From: Kudoa neothunni
Taxonomy: Eukaryota > Animalia > Cnidaria
Reading direction: 5' to 3'
NCBI GenBank assembly: GCA_964304625.1
Contig: OZ199838.1
Coordinates: 10,063,741 to 10,127,740 of the forward strand
DNA length: 64,000 bases
Part shown: one piece after another, positions 12,399 to 24,249 of the stretch
Layout: every line of letters begins with the position of its first letter
How positions within the stretch are numbered: the first letter of the stretch is position 1
The notes under the pieces: model-generated
What the model was told of the DNA's origin: nothing
The model's input: only the letters and a program-made list of their open reading frames with translations
Database searches by the model: none
Program-made: the position numbers and the translations under genes

Positions 12399-13139
12399 AT
12401 GAAAATCAAGGAAATTAATTTTGATATGCCGATCGACGTGCAACTTGAGGAATTGGAGGCAAGATCCCTCATAAAAAACCACACGACGGAACAACATTAC
12501 GCGTTCCTGCTACTAGCAATACCTATCCACCAACGTCCAATGTTAAAGCCGTCCGATCAAGAGAAACTCGAATTGGGTCCCGTAGAAGCGTTGACGAGGA
12601 GGATAAAGGGATATTATGCAAGTGTCACAAGTATACAAAACCAGTGGACGATTTTCTTGAACGACAAAATAAAGTCAGGAGAGAGAATCCAAGAATTTGC
12701 CAATCGAATTTTGCTTCGCCTAAAAGCGGCTAGACCGAATGCGACGGCGGAAGATATAATATTCTTCCTGAAACCAAAAATTGTTGAGACGGTGCCAAAA
12801 ATGTACCAACCCATATTGAACAGTGAATCCACCGGAAACATGGCGGTACTCGTGGAGAAAGCCCAAACGTATCTTGACGCAAATCCGACAGACGCAACCG
12901 ATACGACCCCATACATAAATGCTGTGAAACAACCAATTTATCCTACTCGACCACCCAACAAACAGGAATGTTATAAATGTGGTAGTAGATACCATTTTGG
13001 CCACGAATGTAAGGGCCTCATACGCTGTAACATATGCCAAAAGGTTGGGCACATGGCAAAAAAATGCTATAGTCGGTCGGGAAACGAAAAAGGGGGCAGG
13101 CCTACTCTCGAGCCTCGCTCCCGAATTCACCGAAATTAG
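12399..13139 (+). CDS. gag: Gag with two CCHC zinc knuckles
   Basis: CYKCGSRYHFGHEC and CNICQKVGHMAKKC; first ATG after the PBS is at 12399. Confidence 0.92.
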   Translation: MKIKEINFDMPIDVQLEELEARSLIKNHTTEQHYAFLLLAIPIHQRPMLKPSDQEKLELGPVEALTRRIKGYYASVTSIQNQWTIFLNDKIKSGERIQEFANRILLRLKAARPNATAEDIIFFLKPKIVETVPKMYQPILNSESTGNMAVLVEKAQTYLDANPTDATDTTPYINAVKQPIYPTRPPNKQECYKCGSRYHFGHECKGLIRCNICQKVGHMAKKCYSRSGNEKGGRPTLEPRSRIHRN

Positions 13140-13145
13140 AGAGTA
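13079..13145 (+). other. -1 programmed ribosomal frameshift signal (slippery heptamer plus predicted H-type pseudoknot)
   Basis: G GGA AAC in the gag frame at 13079-13085; the -1 frame is open from 13079 into pol; stem 1 13092-13101/13112-13122; loop TACTCTC 13103-13109 is complementary to GAGAGTA 13139-13145. Confidence 0.85.
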
Positions 13146-16100
13146 TTGCCATGACTACTAATATTCGAAACGAAGGCACGCCCCAGGGATTAATTGTGTC
13201 TTGTGCTTGCCCAGGATCCGAAAATTCATTTAGTGGCTTGGTGGATACAGGATCGTCGCATACCCTCATTAATGGAAAACTTATCAATAATAGTATGAAT
13301 GTAGTGGAGTGTCCTTATATGTGTCTTTTCTCTGCGCGTGGCGACAAGATTGAAATATCGCATTTTATCACAATTCAAGTGCATATTGGTAGAGTTTGGG
13401 TAGATTGCAAAGCATTTATTGTTAACAATCTGATATACGATGCTATTATTGGGAGAGATTTTTTGTTCGAACATTGTAATATCATTACTGATACGAAATT
13501 ATCTGATGGTCATTTGAACAATATCCCGCCAAGGAGCCAGTCGGTCAATACAATAAAATATCCATTACAGTCACTGGTAAAATCCCGAGATATCAAAGGT
13601 GTTAATATGGTTCGGTCTGTGGAAAGAGCTGGTGATTGCTCAGTCGGAGAATACGCCATCCATAGGATTGTAACCGACGGTCACGAACCAATTTCATCTA
13701 GACCCTATAGAGTTCCCATACACTACAGGGATGCGGTAGACAAAGAAATAGACAGGATGCTATCGTTGGGAGTGATACAACGATCAAAAAGTGCTTGGTC
13801 ATCTCCAGTTGTGATAGTGGAGAAGAAGAGCGGTGATCTACGTCTGTGCGTCGATTACAGGAAATTGAACGATGTGATCGTAAAAGATGAATATCCACTG
13901 CCAATTCTTGAAGAAGTATTGGATTCACTTGGGGGTGCAAATTTTTTCTCAACTCTGGACTTGCAATCCGGCTATTGGCAAATACCGATGGCACCGGAGG
14001 ATGTTGAGAAAACTGCATTTAGTCATGGTCGTGGACTTTACGAATTTCTCAAAATGCCCTTCGGATTGTGTAATGGTCCAGCCACATTCCAAAGAATAAT
14101 GGACAGACTACTTAGCGATTTGCCCTTTGCTATAGCATACCTTGACGATATTGTGATATTCTCAAAGTCAAAATCTGAACATATGGACCACGTTGATATA
14201 GTATTGGAGAGGCTGGACACGGCGAATTTGAAAATTAACAACGAAAAATCCAAATTCTGCAAAAACGAGCTGGCTTATTTGGGATTCATTATCTCCAAGG
14301 ATGGTATTCGGAATGACCCTGATAGAGTAAAAAGTATATTGGACTGGAAAGAACCAAAATCCAAAGATGACTTGCAAGCTTTTCTTGGCGCTTTAAACTT
14401 TATGCATAGACACATTAAAGGATTGGCTAAGCTCTCATCACATTTTACGGATATGATGTCATCGAAGGTACCATTCAAATGGGATGACGACGAAAGGAAA
14501 ATGTTCCGCATATTGAAGGAGGCTGTAAAGGAGTCACCTACTTTAGCATATCCGAATCCGGACATTCCATTCTATCTTGAATGTGATGCATCAAATACAG
14601 CTGTTGGAGCAGTGCTTTATCAGAGCCCGGAGAGAAAAGATGTCATTGCCTATACAAGTAAAAAGTTAAATTGCAGCCAAAAGAACTATAGTGTGACAGA
14701 CAGAGAGGCATTGGCGATCGTAAACGCTGTACGAAAATTTCGACATTACTTGATTGGGAAAAAATTCTTCATATTGACAGATCACAATCCCCTGGTCTAT
14801 TTGAGGAGCATGAAAGATCCAAGAGGGAGACGCGCTCGTTGGTTGATGGAAATGGAAGACTATTGTTATGAAATTATGTATAAACCTGGATGTCAAAACA
14901 ACATTGCGGATGCCCTGTCCAGAAGCGTGCTCAGTATGGGAACATATGCTACCTACGATCAATTAAGGACAGCACAAAACGAGGATAAATGCATACAAGT
15001 CGCTAAAAATGCCAAGAGGAATCCGACGGAATCGACAAAATTATCTGGAAACTCCGAACTGAAGAAATTGTATGATAGAAGAGACAAATTGGAAATGGTG
15101 GATGGATTACTTTGTCACGCCTCACGTTTTGGTAAATTACCTGTTGTTCCATGGCGAATGAGAAGAATGATCGTTAAAAAAGTACATGAGGAATGTGCAC
15201 ACTCAGGAATAACGAAGACAGTACAAGTATTACGGAGAAATTTTTATTGGCCAACGCTAGAAGACGATGTTACATCTATGATAAAAAAGTGTGATATATG
15301 CCTGAAAGTGAAAGGAAATACTCATAAAGTAAAAGTACCACTAATGCCGATCCCCGTGCTAGGTCCTTGTGTAAGATGGCACGTAGATTTTATGGGACCA
15401 ATGGAAACTACATCAAACGGTAATAGGTTTGTAATTCTATTTATAGATCAATTTACTAAATGGGTGGAAGCAAAAGCCTTATCAACAATCACAGCTAAAG
15501 AAACCGCGGATGCTTTCTTTGAATTGATAATATCGCGCCACGGTTGCCCGAAATATCTACATTCGGATCAAGGAGTTCAGTTTGAATCAGTATTATTCGG
15601 TGATGTCTGTAGACTTTTTGGTGTTCAAAAGTCGCGGTCGACGGCCTATCACCCGGAAGGAAATGACATGGCAGAGCGTCAAGTACGTAACATAAAAACT
15701 AAACTTAAAGCTCTCATTCTGGAAAACAACGCAGAATGGGACCAAAGTTTAGATAAAGCCCTTCTGGCTACTAGAATAACGCCGTCAGCAACTACGGGTT
15801 ATAGCCCCGCGTATTTAATGTATGGTAGAGAATTAGTTACACCTACTAGTACAATATCCTACAATCTAAACAATGCTGTTACAAACCCTCATGTTTACGC
15901 TGAGAAACTCTCGAATGCAATGAGAAGCGCATTAAACAAAGCAAAAGAGAATATAGAAGAGGCACAAACGAAACAGTCTTATTACTACAACCGCAAAAAT
16001 GTCAATGGAAAACAGAAAATAGGAAGTCATGTCTACATAAAGAATAGGAAAATCACTTCACTTGCCCCAAAATATGAAGGACCATATAAGGTAATAAAGG

Positions 16101-16279
16101 CAAAAGGCCCTGTTTGTTTTGTTGAAAACCACACCAATAAAATTCAGTCCGTCCATGAAAATGACGTCTTGCCAACATATACCATCGATGAGTCAAATAC
16201 CAATCCGAACACTAAACAAAACAATAGACCTACGAGAAACAAGAAAAGGCCGCTATACCTTGATGATTTCGAAGTATAA
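13079..16279 (+). CDS. pol: Pol polyprotein (protease, RT, RNase H, integrase); first ATG at 13151, but probably expressed as Gag-Pol by frameshift
   Basis: LVDTGS (PR), RLCVDYRKLN and YLDD (RT), CDAS...TDH (RNase H), HHCC and DD35E integrase, in gypsy domain order. Confidence 0.97.
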   Translation, partial: GKRKRGQAYSRASLPNSPKLESIAMTTNIRNEGTPQGLIVSCACPGSENSFSGLVDTGSSHTLINGKLINNSMNVVECPYMCLFSARGDKIEISHFITIQVHIGRVWVDCKAFIVNNLIYDAIIGRDFLFEHCNIITDTKLSDGHLNNIPPRSQSVNTIKYPLQSLVKSRDIKGVNMVRSVERAGDCSVGEYAIHRIVTDGHEPISSRPYRVPIHYRDAVDKEIDRMLSLGVIQRSKSAWSSPVVIVEKKSGDLRLCVDYRKLNDVIVKDEYPLPILEEVLDSLGGANFFSTLDLQSGYWQIPMAPEDVEKTAFSHGRGLYEFLKMPFGLCNGPATFQRIMDRLLSDLPFAIAYLDDIVIFSKSKSEHMDHVDIVLERLDTANLKINNEKSKFCKNELAYLGFIISKDGIRNDPDRVKSILDWKEPKSKDDLQAFLGALNFMHRHIKGLAKLSSHFTDMMSSKVPFKWDDDERKMFRILKEAVKESPTLAYPNPDIPFYLECDASNTAVGAVLYQSPERKDVIAYTSKKLNCSQKNYSVTDREALAIVNAVRKFRHYLIGKKFFILTDHNPLVYLRSMKDPRGRRARWLMEMEDYCYEIMYKPGCQNNIADALSRSVLSMGTYATYDQLRTAQNEDKCIQVAKNAKRNPTESTKLSGNSELKKLYDRRDKLEMVDGLLCHASRFGKLPVVPWRMRRMIVKKVHEECAHSGITKTVQVLRRNFYWPTLEDDVTSMIKKCDICLKVKGNTHKVKVPLMPIPVLGPCVRWHVDFMGPMETTSNGNRFVILFIDQFTKWVEAKALSTITAKETADAFFELIISRHGCPKYLHSDQGVQFESVLFGDVCRLFGVQKSRSTAYHPEGNDMAERQVRNIKTKLKALILENNAEWDQSLDKALLATRITPSATTGYSPAYLMYGRELVTPTSTISYNLNNAVTNPHVYAEKLSNAMRSALNKAKENIEEAQTKQSYYYNRKNVNGKQKIGSHVYIKNRKITSLAPKYEGPYKVIKAKGPVCFVENHTNKIQSVHENDVLPTYTIDESNTNPNTKQNNRPTRNKKRPLYLDDFEV

Positions 16280-16304
16280 TCCATTATTCTAAAAGGGGGA
16301 GTAA

Positions 16305-16421
16305 TGTAGTGAACCTAATATAATTAATCATCACCTTTATGTTATGGTCGAGGTTCGTCGTCGGTGGCGTGGTTAGTTTTGTTGAACCGTGTTTTCTATA
16401 GCTTGTCGCTGCCGCGTTACA
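16305..16421 (+). repeat. 3' LTR (117 bp)
   Basis: Identical to the 5' LTR; preceded by the PPT, followed by TSD GGGAA. Confidence 0.98.
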
Positions 16422-17912
16422 GGGAACATTCTCCAAGCGTACTTTATTGACTAAGACCAGTTGTGGTAACTTGGAAAAAACAACTTTTTTTAGCAAATAG
16501 AATAAGCGGATAAAATACAATATTATAATCTATGTACAAATTATAGTGACTTATGGGTCGTGCGTAATCAAAAGGGAAATCAAAATCATAAACCGCGAGC
16601 CACAGTTACCCATGGTACATAACTTTGCGCAGACGAAAATAAACAAAATATTTAAAAAGTTAGGCTACATTTTGACCTACCAGCATACTTATTTTGTCTA
16701 ATATTTGAAGTAATTTTTAATGTAACATGATTTAAAATTTGAATATTCGCCGAAAAATATATTTTGCGAAAGGTTGAATCTTTTTATAAAGTCCTTAACC
16801 AATTAATAGACACCGATATTGATTTTGAGGCATTATGAGGAATTCATCAGCTTGACTGATAAAAACATATTGAGAATCTTTTTCTTTGTTGTTCTTATCA
16901 GTTCAATAGTCTTTCAATGGTATACCAATTTCCACATTTTCTTCTTTTGCGAGTTTTTCTTAATTTGTAACAATAAAATCGCTATAATGTTAAAAGAACT
17001 AGTCTTAATGTTTATAATAATATTCAATGTAGATCTCATTTTTACATGAAAGATCTTCATTGATTCAAATTTGGCGTTTAATTTATAAGCTACTTTCTGA
17101 TAATTTTTTATAATTTAAAGTTTTGGTATAGAGATAGAATTTTTTACTATATTTTGAAACACAAGCCATAATTTTCTTTATTATGAAGAAAATTCAGCTA
17201 TACGTACATTCCATTAAATTTTATCCTTTGCAATAATTTTCTCGCTATGTTGAATATTCCTTAGTTTTATTACATGGAAACCTCTATATAAAATGTTACA
17301 AAAACAGTTAAGTTTATTAAAGTACACAAAAAGTAAGTTATCCTTTCAACTCAAAAAGATTAGATTCTTTTGTTGTATTTTTCTCATTCTAATGATGATT
17401 ATATCTATGAAGATGCATTTTTATCGTATATTTGTTGGATAGAGATCGAAGATAGAATTTTTAATTTAAAGTAATGGAAATTATTGACAAAAAATTATAA
17501 TAATACTCGGAGAAATAAAAAAATTAAAATAATAGATTTGTATTGGTTATAGATACACGCATAGATGGGCTAATTTGATTATTTCCCAAGATTTCCATGG
17601 ATTGTATGTTGTTGTGGTTTCAAGAACAAAGATTTAGATTTACGGACCTATACTGAATGTTATGTTGCAGCTCCGAAAGTAGAAAAACTTTTGCCATCAT
17701 CAATAATTGGCATTTCTGGCCAGATCGGTTGCCAAGACTTAGTATAAGACGTAAACTTAATGGGATATGAATAGCAGAGCTTTGGCTTACAAAAGATTAG
17801 CATTTTAGAGATTGAAGCTCACGCTGAAAAAGTCAACTGCTATCAACACGTTGATATACAACTTTACGAGTAAAATAAGAAAATAAGTACATTTGTGTAA
17901 ATTTTAAGATCT

Positions 17913-20332
17913 TCAATTATAATTTAATCTTTGTTTGAAGCAATTTTCTATGATTTCGAGTAACGATTCCATAATAAGATCATTACTTTCAATATGGAAA
18001 GTGTTGTTCAAAAAATGGAGCTTGTATTGATGTTGCTTAATGGGCGATTGTGTTATTTTTATGATATTAACAAGTTTGTAAGAGAAAGTAAAGTCATTAA
18101 CTGGTGGTTGTTGTTGTTGTTGTTGTTGACAAGGAGAAATGGTTAAATCGTCATTTTCAACTCTGAACAAACTAAAAAACATAGAAAATTATTGCTCAAA
18201 AATTTTCAACGAGGGTACTAAAGACAATTAGTTTTGGGGTAGGTGAGGTTGAAGCTATTGCATTTGTTGTTGATTTCGTTAATTTTTGCGGTAAATTGAC
18301 ACTCGAGTTTATTTACTGCCTAAATTAAATTTAACGTATTAAAATATATAATAAATGGATTTTTAGCGAGTTACTTTATTTTGCGTGGGCTCGGGAGATA
18401 TTGAAGTTGGCTGATCAGAGATAGGCCTTATCAACAAATCTAATTTGTTTGTTTGCATCAACGCTTTATACAAGCCTTTGAATCCATCTCTGATTATACA
18501 TACATGATTGAGTTGTGCCTAATTGAATAATTTATTTAAATATAACTAAATGATAGTAGAAATTATTATTACTTTTAGAATAAATTTCGTAAATTGCTGA
18601 TAGTCAATAGTTGAGGGATCATGGAAAAGAATGCTGTAGAATATATCATTTGATTTGACAAAATCACACAAAAAAGTTTCTAAAGTCGTTTGACAAATGG
18701 GTTGACTCTATAAAAAATTAGATTTCATACAGAAAAGTCTACAAATACAAAGTCTATATCCACATGCTTAACGAAATCAATATAACCCCGTATGCGTTGT
18801 TTCTTGGTTCTAACATCAATGATTGCGTTCTTAGTATCTTTGTTAAATTCACTGTAGGACGTAATATTCTAGTTGATTTTTAGATAACAATCCAATAAAG
18901 TTGTTTATACCTGTGCAAAATCACTATTTAATAGAATTTCTACCGAGTCAATTTGAAGAAAAAACCTATTTTCTTCAATTGATTCCAAATTGTTTAGTTT
19001 AGGAGTAAACTGAATATAATATTTAGCTATATATGATAAATCTCCTAGATCAGTTGTTTCGATTTGTTTGTATATGTTAATCATAGTTTCTATCAATATA
19101 ATTTAGCTAAAATTATCAATCAAACAATAATACTTTCTAAGGAGTCCACACTGGTGCAAGTTGATATATTTTCTCTATATATAATATTGAGATATTAATA
19201 CAAATTATGAAAGTCAATAAAATTACTTAGACCCAATAATTATGGATAGAAAGAAGAAATGAATCCACAGTACATCATATTGACTCAGATATTTTTTCAA
19301 AAATAATTTTGCAATATTATTTTCATTCTTTTTATTTAGGTGTTCCAGAAAAAATTCTAGACTCTATAAATTATTAAGTTAATGAGTAAAATTTTTCGAG
19401 TATACTGTAATTCGTTGAAGAAGTTGTGTGGGAATATTTTGGCTGTTTAAATAACTCCAGTAGCACACATCATGATATTTTAAAAGCAGTTCTATGTAAT
19501 TCAACTTATTCCTCAAAATTCTTAAAGAATAATAATCAGTATTTAAAGTATGTTCATTTACTGTAATGGATCCCAGTAGTTTTCGATAAAAATCGAAAAT
19601 ATAGCCATTACCAATGGTTGACTAAGCTTCGGCATTGTAATAAATATAGCACAAAAAATGATGGAAATTTTTATAGATTGTATTGGGATATCTTGTAGTT
19701 TCTCTTTTCCAAAATACTTTACAATAATGATTGTTACTGAGTTGATTAGATTTTCTTCACTATCTGGGTCGCTCTCTATTACAAATAAGTACATTACACA
19801 TAACGATATCATGATGGCTATTTTGATGTTACTTGCCACATTGAAATGTCGGATAGTATCGTCCAAAATAGTTTTATGTTTGTTTTTAAACCATGACATA
19901 TCGTCTCTGGTAAAGGTATGCTTATCAAAGTATTCATTAAAATTGGTTCTGTTGTAATTTTTCTATAATATATTAGATGAAACATTCACAAAAACTGGAC
20001 ACTTACCAATATATCCATTATATCATCAGGTATAAGTTTCAGATTGAAATCTTCATCTAGAAATGGATTGTTTTTATTTACGGTAACCATATCCAGAAAC
20101 TGATTGCGTATTTTACAGCTAGCGTTAACGTGTTGATAAATGAGGCTAGATTTTACACCTTCTTCAATTGTTTAAATTTTTAAAAAATGTGTCCTCCGAA
20201 TATGACTAATACGTTTAATGTTTATTGAGAATTAGAATATTATTTAATGTTATATTAGAGAACTTGTAATCGAATTTAGCTGTCGCCTTTATAGTTGACG
20301 GTATGTCACCTGTTATCTGGTAAAGCTTTCAT
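17913..20332 (-). CDS. TBC1D23: Divergent TBC1D23-like protein (TBC + rhodanese + C-terminal PH-like), multi-exon; start uncertain
   Basis: Spliced motifs in the expected order: LLLKYHD...SYL (cf. LLIQYHEPELCSYL), DLSYIAKYYIQFTP (cf. DLFSLAQYYCSKTP), rhodanese AIIDVR...HVCIIRDGFKGL, and C-terminal NIIKIT (cf. SVVKIT). Confidence 0.7.
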
Positions 20333-21708
20333 TGTAAAGGTGTTAACGACTTTCTATAGAATGCCACGGGGAGCATTAGTAAACTATGCCACCAAGTATA
20401 CATCATTGTTAGGCAATTATTGTAACATAAATTTAAAATATACATATTAAAATTAAATTATTTGCCATCAATCGAATGTCTGATTCGTAAAAATAGGCAA
20501 CTAAATCTGTGGCAGCCAAGGAAATTCAGAAAGATATTTCAAACGTCTTGAAAAACTTTTAATTGTATTGTATACATGCTTGAAAATAGGAAGCGTTAAA
20601 CTAATGTAGGTAGAGTTTTATTGCTAATGTTTAGAACCATTTTCTGTAATGCATTGAAAGGAAAATCACCCCTATCCATTACATGGTAACTAATTGGTAT
20701 AATTTAAAACTCTTAGTAACTTGATGATATAAAAAATGTTATTTTTTATGACAATATAGTTTTAAAATATTTTATTGTTACTATGAATAACTCTACTTTA
20801 ATATGGGCTTGGTCAACTATCATAAAAGGAATGACGTGTTTGTTCAAAAACATTAATTATGATGAACGAATATTTTTTTCTCATTTAGACGCAGGAGAAA
20901 AATTAATCGAGATAATTCTGCAGATTTTCAAAGCTGCATGAATTGCATTATATTTGAGCTCTTGGTTTTCAAAATTTCAGTTTTTGAAATATTGAAATCT
21001 TTTTTACAGATGGGGAATTAAATTAAATTTTTCTTGTAGATATACGAACTAACGTTTGGAGTTTACGCTAAAAAGTCTTAGTAGTTAGATTTTTATGCCA
21101 AGAAATAGTACTATTAATTTTTCAGTAAGTAATTACCTAATTTGATTTGAATCTCAAATTCTCGTTTAAATGATAGCGACATATTTGTTATTATCAAACA
21201 GCGTTTCTCTCATGAAAACCGAATACAGTGCAACTTCAGAGTTCAAACGTCTCGGAACTCGTACAAATCGGAATTCGACAAAAAATTTTGATTCAGAAAC
21301 ATTTTTGAGGTCGAACACATATAGAAAGGGTATTCAGAAAAAAATACAGTTGGAGAAAAAAAGAGAAAAGGAAAGAGATTCTAGAATAAGAGTTGCTGAA
21401 TCAAATTGTGCGACCGCCATCGAAGGAGAAACTTTTATAATCTATTGCATGACAACCAAAAACTACTTATTTTATCTTATACCTTATTTTTATATTTCAT
21501 ATTTATTTGTTATATTTTATAAACACACGGTATGCATGTTTTTTCACAAGTAAGAATAAAAATAATCACATATTTCATACCTGATACGCGATGACGGATT
21601 AAACAAATTTTCCTTATTTTGCTGGGGAAAAATTATTAGGAGTTCTAGCATACTTCTCAAACAGATTATGATCAAAATCTGAAGTTTCACTGTATACGTA
21701 CCCTTCTA

Positions 21709-23045
21709 TTAACCCTCCAAGCAGGTCAAAATCGCCTATACACAACGTCGATTTTGGGGTCCGATGGACTCCACTTTTTATTGTTTATTTTAGTTTATAA
21801 AATCTTATTGGTTCATATTTTATAACAAAAAAATAATGCTATCGAATGAATAAGGGAAAAATTTTAGAATACTGAAGAATCGACAACTTCCGATTATATA
21901 CGATGATTTGAAATGTTTTTGTTTCTGCGTGTATATTGGAATTAAGTTAGTTTTCATACTCATAAACAATATATATTTAAATTAATTAACCATAATAAAA
22001 TACTTGGGAAGAAAATTATTTATATAGCTTTACGTGTTACTCAATATACAATACGTAAAGTAGTCGTTAATTAATGATTAAAACCTGCTAGTTTTATTAA
22101 CTTTTAGTTTATATATTTATAAAATAATTTTTTATTATTTATGGCTTCATAAAGAGCGGCATGCATTATTTACCCTCTTAATAGCTGCAAAATCTATACC
22201 GTCCAAATAAAAATAATGTAGAAATTTATTCACCGTTTTCATTTCATAAAATTGTCTTAAATAAATGTTAGTATAGATAGAAAAAATATGAGGAAAATTT
22301 TCCGTTTGAATTATGCATGAACGGTCAATTATTAAAGTTGCCTTGCTTGCGAATGAGCAAAATTACATGTTGATACGTTACTTTGGAATATGATTGTATT
22401 TCTAGGTTTATTCCGGTGGTTTTTTTATTAGGAAAATAATTCAAATAATTTAACTACTTTATGTTAATTTATGTTAATTTATCTTCGTATAAACAACACG
22501 ATATAATATTACGAAGAAACACACAAAGTGATAATAAATAGTGATTATTTCATAAAACAGTTATCACATGTGTTTTTGAATGTCTCCACAATACGAAACT
22601 ATGAAAAATGATGAAAATTCATCATAAATTGAATAATCGGTATAAGAGTCATCATAATCTGTGGAGATATGGCTGTATTCAGATGAGGATGACATGCTTA
22701 CGGCGACATCGCGCTAGTATCACTTGTGTCGTTTTTAATTATTTATTTAATATGTACTGGGTATAATTCTCCAAAAATTCAAAAAATCATATAAACTGAT
22801 GTTCACTTTCATTTTATAAAAGAAGATCGTGGGGTCCATTGGGCCCCAAAACGACGTGGCGTAAGGAATTGTTATTTTACGCTGGCAAAGAATCTTCCGT
22901 GATTTTTGAACAAAGGATATGAAAATATATTGCATGTTGGAGGAATAATATTGGTTATTAACCTATTTTGAATTACAGAGGAGCTGTAGATGATTCAGAC
23001 ATTTGCGTTGGGGTCCAATGGACCCCACACAGGCTTGAAGGTTAA
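21709..23045. mobile_element. piggyBac-type non-autonomous element
   Basis: TTAA-CCCTCCAAGC ... GCTTGAAGG-TTAA; palindromes GGGGTCCGATGGACTCC (~21756), GGGGTCCATTGGGCCCC (22831), GGGGTCCAATGGACCCC (23010). Confidence 0.8.
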
Positions 23046-23519
23046 TGAAAAAATTAACAATACTTCACATTATTTTTATGTGAAATCTATGACAGCTAAA
23101 TGAAGTTGAATAGAATTGGAGAAATTTAATGAATTAATTAAAAAGTATAATATGAAATCGGTATGAAAAATTGTAAAAGAATAAAATTATTGTTTATTCT
23201 CTGACATTGCTATGCTAGGAAAAAACCCATTTCAAGTTATAAAATTTAAAGCTTCATTATAAATGAAATAGAATATTAAATTAAATCAGATAAAAAAATA
23301 TAAAGAGTTTAAAATTAAACAAATTCTTAGTCAAAAGTAATATTGTAATAAAAATTCAAACATTAAAAGATAACATTCTGAGCCAAAAATCCATAATAAC
23401 GTGCATTATCAATAAAGATTTTTAATAATTCTTCCACGAAAAATAAATAAATTAATTCTAATATCATTAGAAAGCCACAAAATCATAGTCAGGTGTGTTT
23501 GACAGACGCGCGCAACATA

Positions 23520-23921
23520 ATGTCTTCGAGCACCACAACTGCAGCTGAAGGTGATGCTGATCGCTTAAATCCAAGCACCTACTTAAAAAACCTTATTGGG
23601 AACGTTGTGATTGTGAAGCTGAATTCTGGTGTTGATTACCGGGGTAAAACATTATGTATAATAAACATCAATATAGTTATCTTAGGTATACTAACATGCC
23701 TTGATGGCTTCATGAATATTGTATTAGAACATGCCGAGGAATATGAAGGCACGCAGGTTTGATTATCTTTTTCCGCTGTTTAAATAATGAATTTATTAGC
23801 TGAAATCAAAGTATGGAGACATCTTTTTGAGAGGAAACAATGGTAATAGCCACTACGAATTCATTTATTGTCTTCAACTAATTTAATTTTAGTTCTTTAT
23901 GTGAGCAAATTAGGAGGATAA
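23520..23921 (+). CDS. LSM6: U6 snRNA-associated Sm-like protein LSm6; exons 23520-23643, 23686-23756, 23800-23842, 23893-23921
   Basis: VIVKLNSGVDYRG|ILTCLDGFMNIVLEHAEEY...|LKSKYGDIFLRGNNV|LYVS matches the LSm6 consensus. Confidence 0.93.
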
Positions 23922-24249
23922 AAACATATTGATAGATTGGAACAGTGTATTTTTTTCAATTCTTTCTCGATGATGTGTATTTTTCATTTCTCCCCAAATT
24001 AATGATTTTGTCACTTTCAATTGTTTAAATAAAAATGTACTTGTTTTTCGATTATTCACCAGCTAGGGGCTCTCTTTTACAGTGACAATTGCGTTAGATA
24101 AATATGTTAAATTTAGTTTTAAGGAATACGCCAATAGGGAACTTAAAATAAAATAAAAATTTGTGAATTTAAGCCTTATATAAATGTTTCTCAAACAAAG
24201 GAGAAAAATGTTTCGTGGGAGATGCGAGCTGAATATTTATGCATTATAG

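Larger units (their letters stand above)
12257..16421 (+). mobile_element. Full-length Ty3/gypsy LTR retrotransposon (Mag-like)
   Basis: Identical 117-bp TG...CA LTRs, 5-bp TSD GGGAA (12252-12256, 16422-16426), PBS TGGTGTCAGA at 12376, PPT AAAAGGGGGAG at 16291, intact gag and pol. Confidence 0.98.

Noticed and set aside
21170-21553. 127-aa ORF
   Set aside because: No domain or splice context; surrounded by MITE-like sequence; probably spurious.
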